Shown piece after piece: positions 57,241-64,000 of a stretch of 64,000 nucleotides of DNA. A program made the translations under genes and the position numbers. Each line of letters begins with the position of its first letter. Position 1 is the first letter of the stretch. Origin of the DNA: Candidatus Peregrinibacteria bacterium GW2011_GWC2_39_14 (GTDB taxonomy: Bacteria; Patescibacteriota; Gracilibacteria; UBA1369; UBA12463); assembly GCA_000993595.1 (NCBI GenBank), contig LBWJ01000008.1:10514-74513 (forward strand), given 5' to 3'. Under the pieces are notes generated by a model that saw only the letters and a list, made by a program, of their open reading frames with translations, was not told the origin of the DNA and made no database searches.

Positions 57241-57516
57241 TTAGGCTTTTGGCTTCTCAATCTTCGCCAATTCCGCAGCCAATCTTGACTTCTTTCTTGC
57301 CGCATTATTCTTGTGTAAAACAAAAGTCTTCACAGATTTGTCGATTGTTGAATATGCTTCAGGAAGCAATTTCTTTGCTTCATCGACTTTTTTATTTTTC
57401 GTTAAAAGAAGAAAATCTTTAATAACGGATTTTACTTTTGCGCGAACAACATAGTTTCTTTTCCTGTTTGCTTCGCTCTTTCTCATGGATTTTTTTGCTG
57501 ATTTCGTGTTAGGCAT
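57241..57516 (-). CDS. rpsT: 30S ribosomal protein S20
   Basis: MPNTKSAKK..RN...K..IK..IDK....LHKNNAARKKSRL. Confidence 0.96.
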   Translation of the reverse strand: MPNTKSAKKSMRKSEANRKRNYVVRAKVKSVIKDFLLLTKNKKVDEAKKLLPEAYSTIDKSVKTFVLHKNNAARKKSRLAAELAKIEKPKA

Positions 57517-57656
57517 AATTTAAGATTTGTTTAGAATATTTTAATGTTTGCCGTGTATAGTTGTATTAACGGCGTAAAGAATATAAAATAATATAGCTAA
57601 GAATGTCAACCTATTATATAGTAATAAGCACAGAAACAAGTAGTTTTAAATTACTA

Positions 57657-57685
57657 TTGACAAAATCCAAGAACAGCTATACAAT
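57657..57685 (+). promoter_or_regulatory. sigma70 promoter
   Basis: TTGACA-17 nt-TACAAT. Confidence 0.65.
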
Positions 57686-57773
57686 TACACCCCTGTCTTG
57701 AAATCTGCTGAAAATAGCTTAAAATCAAGGCACGACAAAAATAATTTATTATAAAAATATAACCATATATAAA

Positions 57774-60700
57774 ATGAAATCCCAAACAAATCTCATGTCC
57801 AAAGCATCTGCATTACTGATCGGAGCAGTGATGTTCTTGATGTCTGTAGCTCCAGCAGGAGCCTACACATTGGACACAACAGTCGTCCCTTCAAGGACAG
57901 CACTGTTGCCTGCTTATAACGCAACGGCCCCTGTTGTTTCAGGTGTCAGCGCATCTCCATCAACAATTAATCAAGGACAGCAAGCAACGATTACATTCAC
58001 GCTTGATAAAGCCGCGAATCTTGATTTGACTATTTTGGATATAAGAGGAGGTTTGGTTAAAACGATTATTGCAGATGGCCAAGTTCAAGCTGCTACACAT
58101 CAATATTATTGGTCCGGCAGAAATGATGCAGGAAATTATGTTGCCGCAGGTTCATATAGAGCCAGAGTTATGGTTTCAAACACATATGGTTCATCTTATA
58201 GAGATGCAGCAATCACAGTTGGATCTCCTTCAGTGCTTGCAGCTCCAATTGTTACAAGAATGACAGCGACTCCTTCAACTATCAATCCACAAAATAATGA
58301 AATTTCAAATATTTCATTTTATTTGGACAAGCAAGCAACTGTTGATTTAACGGTTACTTCTAATGGTGGAAGCGGCGTAGTCGTTAATACAATCTTTAGA
58401 GGCGCAAATCTTGGCGCAGGTTTATATACCTATTATTGGTCAGGCAAAGACGGCAATAGCCAAACCGTTGCTGCAGGACAATATCTTGCGAAAGTTTCAG
58501 CTACAAATACAGCTGGAACAGCCTTTGGCACAGCCTTAATCACGGTTGCATATGGCAGCGCTGGTACAAAGCTTGCACTCAGCAATGTTTATGCATCTCC
58601 TGTTACTTTTGATCCTAAAGCAGGTGCAGTAACAAACGTTTACTTTACAGCAAATCAATCTGCGTATATCACAGTTTCAGTTATGCAAGGCACGACTCTT
58701 GTTAAAAGATTGACATCGTCAGCGTTTTTGAAACAAGGAAATATTGCTTGGGATGGTAAAAATACAAGCGGCGCAGTTGTCGCAGAAGGTTTATATACAT
58801 ATGTTGTATATGCAACAGTCAACGGACAAGAGGCTCAAGCAGCCGGAAATGTTACGGTTGATTATGCAAATGTTGTTAACTCATTATCAATTACAAGCCA
58901 TTCCGCGGTTCCATCAACATTTGATCCTCAGGCAGGCGGCACAACGTCAATCCGTTATGCAACAAGTCAATCCGCTTATACTTCAGTAACGATCATGCAA
59001 GGCGGCGATGTTATTGTTAAAAGACTTTCAACTTCTGTTTATGGCCAATCAGGTTCAATTACATGGGATGGTAGAAATACAAGTGGAACGGTCGTTCAGG
59101 AAGGTACATATTCATACGTCGTTTATTCAACAGTCAACGGACAAGAAGCTAGAGCGGTTGGAAGCGTTACGGTTGATTATGGAACAGTCGTTGTCAGCAA
59201 CTTGAGAGTCACAAGCCACAACGCATATCCTTCAACGTTCAATCCTAATACACAATCAACAACGATTTCGTATACATTGAATAAGCAGGCAAGCGTTAAC
59301 GTTAGAATCAGAGACAACAACGCGGCATTGGTTAAAACAATCTTCACAGGTGACGCGACAAGCGGAAGCGCAATCTGGGACGGTAGAGATCAATGGGGTA
59401 GTGTTGTTGCAAACAATTCATATAAATATGAAATTTACGCATTCGTCGGAAGCGAAACAGTCACAGCTTATGGTTATGTTTATGTGAACAACAATGGCAA
59501 TGGAAACGGTGGAGATACAGGAACAGCTCCTTCAATCACAAGCGCATCTGTTAATCCTTCAACATTCAATCCAAATACACAGACAACGCAACTTCAATAC
59601 ACACTTGCAAATGCAAGCGCGAATATCACAATCCAAGTTTTGGATAGATACAACACAAATAGATACATGGTTACTCTTGCTGATACAGTTTATAGATCAG
59701 CGGGTACGTATTATGTCACATGGAACGGACGCGATTCTTCAAGCACAGTTGTCCCGGAAGGCACATATACATTCCAAATCACAGCTGCAAATTCATATGG
59801 AAATGACATGAGAAATGTCAATGTTACAGTCGATTACGATAACAATGGCAACGGCGACACAACGTGTACGGACTCTTATTATTGCCCAACGTATAACACA
59901 AGACCATATATCTTCAATGATTATGCGACACCAAATCCATTTAGAGTTGGATACAACAGCCCTGTCATTAACTTTACGCTTAACACAGGCGCAAGAATTA
60001 CAGTCATTATCATGAAAGATACGGCAACGATCAGAACAATCACGAACAACGAATTCAAAAATGGTGGAGTGAACTATGTTACATGGAATGGTCTCGACTA
60101 TAGCGGAAACTACGTTTCAGTCGGAACATACACATATAAGATTTACGCAGAAAACGGATATGGCTCAGATGTTAAAACGGATTATATCTATGCAACATCA
60201 AAAGTCGGAGAAACAATGCCTTGTGGCGGATTCAACGATATTAGCATATCAAGCCCATATTGCCGCGCAGTTCTTCAGATGGTCAAGCTTGGAATCTTCG
60301 AAGGTTACAGCAATGGCACATTCGGAGCAACAACACCAATCAATAGAGCTGAAACAATGAAAGTTATCTTGAAAGCTCTTAACAAGCCAATCCAAGTTAC
60401 GAATGGCACAAACATCGGTTTCTGGGATCTTAATCCAGGCGAGTGGTATATGAATTATCTCTATACTGCAAAATTGATGGGCATCATCAACGGTTATCCG
60501 GATGGAAGCTTCAAACCTGCAGACACAGTAAATAGAGTTGAACTTCTTAAGATGTTCTTCAGAACAGCAGGTTCAAGCTTACCAGCTTGCCAATATGCTC
60601 CTTATGAAGATACGCCGGTTACATATGATACAGCTTGGTACTTACCTTATGTTTGCTACTCAAGAAAATTCACATTGGTTGATGGTATTGGAAGCTATTT

Positions 60701-60851
60701 CCACCCGGACAAGCCAATGAAAAGAGGTGACGTCGCATCATTGTTCTACAGATATCAAGTTCAAGGTCTGTTCAATGGTGTAACAAATCCACCAACGTAT
60801 TCACCGGATTATCAGTATCTCGTTCCGGGGTATACAACACCGGCATACTAA
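57774..60851 (+). CDS. S-layer-associated protein with ~7 FlgD-Ig-like repeats and C-terminal SLH domains
   Basis: Signal peptide; repeated P.TF.P..W.G[RK][ND]..G..V..G.Y units; GY.DG.FKP, NRAE and NRVE SLH motifs. Confidence 0.85.
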   Translation: MKSQTNLMSKASALLIGAVMFLMSVAPAGAYTLDTTVVPSRTALLPAYNATAPVVSGVSASPSTINQGQQATITFTLDKAANLDLTILDIRGGLVKTIIADGQVQAATHQYYWSGRNDAGNYVAAGSYRARVMVSNTYGSSYRDAAITVGSPSVLAAPIVTRMTATPSTINPQNNEISNISFYLDKQATVDLTVTSNGGSGVVVNTIFRGANLGAGLYTYYWSGKDGNSQTVAAGQYLAKVSATNTAGTAFGTALITVAYGSAGTKLALSNVYASPVTFDPKAGAVTNVYFTANQSAYITVSVMQGTTLVKRLTSSAFLKQGNIAWDGKNTSGAVVAEGLYTYVVYATVNGQEAQAAGNVTVDYANVVNSLSITSHSAVPSTFDPQAGGTTSIRYATSQSAYTSVTIMQGGDVIVKRLSTSVYGQSGSITWDGRNTSGTVVQEGTYSYVVYSTVNGQEARAVGSVTVDYGTVVVSNLRVTSHNAYPSTFNPNTQSTTISYTLNKQASVNVRIRDNNAALVKTIFTGDATSGSAIWDGRDQWGSVVANNSYKYEIYAFVGSETVTAYGYVYVNNNGNGNGGDTGTAPSITSASVNPSTFNPNTQTTQLQYTLANASANITIQVLDRYNTNRYMVTLADTVYRSAGTYYVTWNGRDSSSTVVPEGTYTFQITAANSYGNDMRNVNVTVDYDNNGNGDTTCTDSYYCPTYNTRPYIFNDYATPNPFRVGYNSPVINFTLNTGARITVIIMKDTATIRTITNNEFKNGGVNYVTWNGLDYSGNYVSVGTYTYKIYAENGYGSDVKTDYIYATSKVGETMPCGGFNDISISSPYCRAVLQMVKLGIFEGYSNGTFGATTPINRAETMKVILKALNKPIQVTNGTNIGFWDLNPGEWYMNYLYTAKLMGIINGYPDGSFKPADTVNRVELLKMFFRTAGSSLPACQYAPYEDTPVTYDTAWYLPYVCYSRKFTLVDGIGSYFHPDKPMKRGDVASLFYRYQVQGLFNGVTNPPTYSPDYQYLVPGYTTPAY

Positions 60852-60917
60852 GCCGCAGGTAAAGACGTTCCGTAAGCGGAACATGGCCCAAAAGGGCACT
60901 AAAGTTATGTGAGGGGG

Positions 60918-61007
60918 AGCCCTCCTTAGAACCTTCAGTTTACTTCGGAAGGGGATGGGGAGGGCTTTTTTAATACAAGAAAGGAAACCTTGTCGGTTTC
61001 CTTTCTT
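60918..61007 (+). terminator. terminator-like hairpins
   Basis: AGCCCTCC..GGAGGGCT + T run; perfect 13-bp stem AAGAAAGGAAACC/GGTTTCCTTTCTT. Confidence 0.65.
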
Positions 61008-61213
61008 ACTATCTTTCCCTTCAAGGTGTTTTCTTCCTTCGCTCATTCACGCTCTGCTCTCTAATTTCGAGAGCAGGCTTCGCTTACTTCGTGCGCTCGC
61101 ACGCTATTCACTACGTCAGAAAACTTTTATTATAGCCGGGATTTTATGCAAAATTTGACGCAAAATGAATTCGCGCCTAATATTAAATTACAATATCAAT
61201 AAAACAAATTTCT

Positions 61214-61477
61214 ATGAGAGGAAAACTTGGATTACTTTTGGGACTAGCCGCGGGAGCAGCTTTAGGCTTTATGTTTGCACCAAATCCTGGCAGCAAACTT
61301 CGCGCTGAAATGCGTAAAGAACGTGCAGGTGGCGGAACAGGCTTAAACGCAATAAAAAACAGCATGAAGGGTGCAGGAAAAGAGATCGGAACAAGCATCA
61401 AGAAATCAAAATACGGAGAAAAAGCATCCGAACTCAAAGACAAGATTAAAAAAGCGGTCAATCGCGACGAAGATTAA
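61214..61477 (+). CDS. YtxH-like protein
   Basis: GLLLGLAAGAALGFMFAPNPGSKLR. Confidence 0.8.
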   Translation: MRGKLGLLLGLAAGAALGFMFAPNPGSKLRAEMRKERAGGGTGLNAIKNSMKGAGKEIGTSIKKSKYGEKASELKDKIKKAVNRDED

Positions 61478-61523
61478 AGGGAGCATTTAAAATCGCACAC
61501 GGACGCCGTACTAGTACGGAAAT

Positions 61524-61552
61524 TTGACATTTGCCATAATCGATATTATAAT
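61524..61552 (+). promoter_or_regulatory. consensus sigma70 promoter
   Basis: TTGACA-17 nt-TATAAT. Confidence 0.8.
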
Positions 61553-61573
61553 TCCCGCCTGTAATAAATTAAT

Positions 61574-62317
61574 ATGGCTATTGGTTTTGAACAAAGAGAT
61601 GGTCGCGAAGCGGCAATTGATATGGCACTTGTAAAAGCAGGCGCAACAGGGCGTGATGTTTGGAATTTTTTAGATCCAAGAGTTTTTAGCGGAAATGAAA
61701 TGCCTGGTTTAACTATTCCCGAAGGCGAATTAACGGAAATGGCTGTAGCGACTGTAAATCGTGCGGCAGCAGCATTTTTCGAGGATGCTAAGCGTGGAGC
61801 AGCTAGAGATCCGGTGTCTTTCGAGGATTTCGGTATTCAAGCAGGCAGAAGAACGGGCATTACAAGGCGTAGCTTAATGGGAGTAGTGATCGTCGGACTT
61901 GGCTTAATGGCAGTAGCGCCATCATGCGCAGGAATGTTTTCATTAAGCAGAGAAGAGCGCAAAAAACAGGAAGGCGAAGAGGCGCAAGCTGTGGATCATA
62001 TGATGCAAACATTTAAAGAGCAAGGTACAAAGCATTTCGTACCGGTGCCTGCTCAATTAAACGGTGTAGATAATCCGCATACAATAGGACTCGCGGTTTT
62101 TGAAAAAAATACCGATCCAAATGCGAAAGGAAAATGGAATGAAAAATCAATGTCGACATTTGCATTTATAAGATTTAAATATACAAGTGTGGGAATAATT
62201 TATAGCTTGGAAGTAAACGGTGATTATTCCGGAAAAAAATATCAAACAAGGTCAGAGTCCGAAGCGATACAATATGTTCACGAATTGGTTCAGCAATATT
62301 ACATGAATCAGATATAA
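61574..62317 (+). CDS. hypothetical protein with internal RR/TM/Cys segment
   Basis: ITRRSLMGVVIVGLGLMAVAPSC located ~95 aa from the start. Confidence 0.7.
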   Translation: MAIGFEQRDGREAAIDMALVKAGATGRDVWNFLDPRVFSGNEMPGLTIPEGELTEMAVATVNRAAAAFFEDAKRGAARDPVSFEDFGIQAGRRTGITRRSLMGVVIVGLGLMAVAPSCAGMFSLSREERKKQEGEEAQAVDHMMQTFKEQGTKHFVPVPAQLNGVDNPHTIGLAVFEKNTDPNAKGKWNEKSMSTFAFIRFKYTSVGIIYSLEVNGDYSGKKYQTRSESEAIQYVHELVQQYYMNQI

Positions 62318-62338
62318 TTCTATCAAATACTCATGTAA

Positions 62339-63655
62339 TTACCCGCGCAGCTCCTTCATCATATTCACCCTCTTTTCAATCAGCTCTTTTGTGCCGATGT
62401 CTTTGCGGTAAAACACAGGTCCTTTAACGGATAAGAGTCCGCTGGAAGCAAGTTCCGCGGCTTCCTCGATTGTGTTTCCGATTCCAACAAAAGCAACAGC
62501 GCGACTTCCGCCAAGAACAAGTCCATTTTCAGTTTGATTGATGGAGGCAAAGTAAACTCGAACGCCTTCCGGCACGCTTCCAATCTCGATTTTTTCGCCT
62601 TTAATAGGGGAATCGGGATAGCCGTTTGGTACGACGTATTTGCAGACCGTCGCCTTATTTTCGAACTCGATTTTTAGCTGATCCAAAGTGCCATTGATTA
62701 TCGCCTCGCAAACATCAACAAAATCAGTTTTTAAAATTGGCAAAACATTCATAGTTTCCGGATCGCCAAATCGTACATTAAATTCAATTAAACGCACGCC
62801 GGTTGCGGTCGCCATATATCCACCATAAATAATTCCTTTGAAATACTGACTACTTTTTTTATACACAGCTTGAATAATTTTTTTATTCACTTCTGAGGCC
62901 TGCTGTATGTCATTTTCCGTCAAAAATGGGAGTGAATGATTTGCATCGGAATACGTTCCCATTCCACCGGTATTTGGTCCTAAATCTCCATCAAAAGCCC
63001 TTTTGTGATCCTGCACAGCCGGCATATTTGCGAGAGTTTTTCCGTCCGTGAAACTCATGAGACTAAATTCTTGTCCAATAAGTTTTTCTTCAACAACAAC
63101 GCGTCCCGCTTTTTGCAAGCACTCTGTAGCATAAATAACGCCTTCCTCAACGGTCTTGAGGTGGTCGCCCGACACTTTCACGCCTTTGCCGGCCATCAAG
63201 CCGTCAGCCTTAATTACAAAGTTTCCGCCAAGCTTCTCAAGCATCTCTTTAATGCCTTCAGGTGACGTAAAAACCTTATATTCCGGATTGCCGGTAATTC
63301 CGTATTCTTCCATCAAATCACGCGTAAAAGACTTGCTTGCTTCAATCTGCGCCGCAAATTTATTTGGCGCCACGCAAGGCACACCAATTTTGCCGAGCTC
63401 ATCAGCGACACCCGCCGCAATTGGATCTTCCGGGCCAATAATCGCAAAATCAGGCTTTGTATTCCCCGCAAACGCCAAAATATGCGCTATATCAAGAACG
63501 TCTCCAATTTCATATCCGCCATCGCTCAAATCAAATATTCCCGGATTTTTCGCTTTCGCATAAGTAAATAAGTTCATACCGTATTTACTTTTTTTCAAAG
63601 CTTCGGCAATCGCATGTTCTCGTGCGCCGTTGCCGATTAATAAAACTTTTTTCAT
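62339..63655 (-). CDS. purD: phosphoribosylamine--glycine ligase
   Basis: KVLLIGNGAREHA, IGPE, KADGLMAGKGV, QDHKR, GPNTGGMG, EFNVRFGDPE, YRKDIG. Confidence 0.97.
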   Translation of the reverse strand: MKKVLLIGNGAREHAIAEALKKSKYGMNLFTYAKAKNPGIFDLSDGGYEIGDVLDIAHILAFAGNTKPDFAIIGPEDPIAAGVADELGKIGVPCVAPNKFAAQIEASKSFTRDLMEEYGITGNPEYKVFTSPEGIKEMLEKLGGNFVIKADGLMAGKGVKVSGDHLKTVEEGVIYATECLQKAGRVVVEEKLIGQEFSLMSFTDGKTLANMPAVQDHKRAFDGDLGPNTGGMGTYSDANHSLPFLTENDIQQASEVNKKIIQAVYKKSSQYFKGIIYGGYMATATGVRLIEFNVRFGDPETMNVLPILKTDFVDVCEAIINGTLDQLKIEFENKATVCKYVVPNGYPDSPIKGEKIEIGSVPEGVRVYFASINQTENGLVLGGSRAVAFVGIGNTIEEAAELASSGLLSVKGPVFYRKDIGTKELIEKRVNMMKELRG

Positions 63656-63657
63656 AT

Positions 63658-64000
63658 TTAAACTAAATTTAATTGACCTTTTTTTATGCCGGGCATATCA
63701 CAATTTTCTTCAATTTGTCCGCACGCCTTATCGTTTAATCTTGAGTCTGAATTTGCTTTCAAAATCTTTTCAGTAACATCTCCGGTTTTATATTTTCCAT
63801 CAAAACACGCCATGCACATATCTTTAACATTCGGATTTCCTGATGTGCAAGCCTCAAGAACATCTTTAAGATCTGCGTAAATAAGAGCATCAGCATCAAC
63901 AAATTTTCGAACTTGTTCAACGGAATAACTGGACGCAATTAACTCTTCTCGCGTTGGAATATCGATTCCATACAAACATGGGCTGACAATCGGTGGTGAA
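63658..64000 (-). CDS. purF: amidophosphoribosyltransferase, C-terminal part (partial)
   Basis: SPPIVSPCLYGIDIP..ELIA...CMACFDGKY; directly upstream of purD. Confidence 0.92.
   Translation of the reverse strand, partial: SPPIVSPCLYGIDIPTREELIASSYSVEQVRKFVDADALIYADLKDVLEACTSGNPNVKDMCMACFDGKYKTGDVTEKILKANSDSRLNDKACGQIEENCDMPGIKKGQLNLV

Noticed and set aside
57177-57422. 81-aa plus-strand ORF
   Set aside because: It is a translation of the heptamer repeat plus the antisense of rpsT.
1-64000. Genetic code 25 (UGA=Gly) as in Gracilibacteria/Absconditabacteria
   Set aside because: Conserved genes are uninterrupted under code 11, and several end at TGA at the expected lengths (nusB, rnc, BI-1).

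Overview
A 64 kb chromosomal window from a CPR/Patescibacteria bacterium, most likely Peregrinibacteria. The assignment is an inference from the Form II/III-like RuBisCO, the ftsA-like/baseplate-J-like pair, type IV minor pilins, SLH proteins and purF/purD. TGA is used as a stop, so the genetic code is standard. Housekeeping genes (ddl, alr, rpmF-nusB-rnc, pepA, trxB, thyX, rpsT, purD/purF, tRNA-Leu) are interspersed with orphan genes, many with their own near-consensus sigma70 promoter. Highlights: (1) a ~9.7 kb putative biosynthetic cluster led by an archaeal-type valyl-tRNA synthetase, with two radical SAM/SPASM enzymes, a nitroreductase, RraA-like and DRE-TIM aldolase-like enzymes, a PaaK-like ligase, a methyltransferase and a nucleosidase; (2) a tRNA-Ile2(CAU) split after U33 by a 660-nt group I intron whose P1 loop holds an antisense HNH ORF with its own apparently leaderless promoter; (3) a 1.7 kb integrase-less islet bounded by a 52-bp recoded duplicate of a SemiSWEET 3' end; (4) dispersed degenerate heptamer repeats that flank a four-helix-bundle gene in inverted orientation; (5) a protein with a MYXO-/GlyGly-CTERM-like tail. 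All calls come from motif recognition by eye; no database searches were run.
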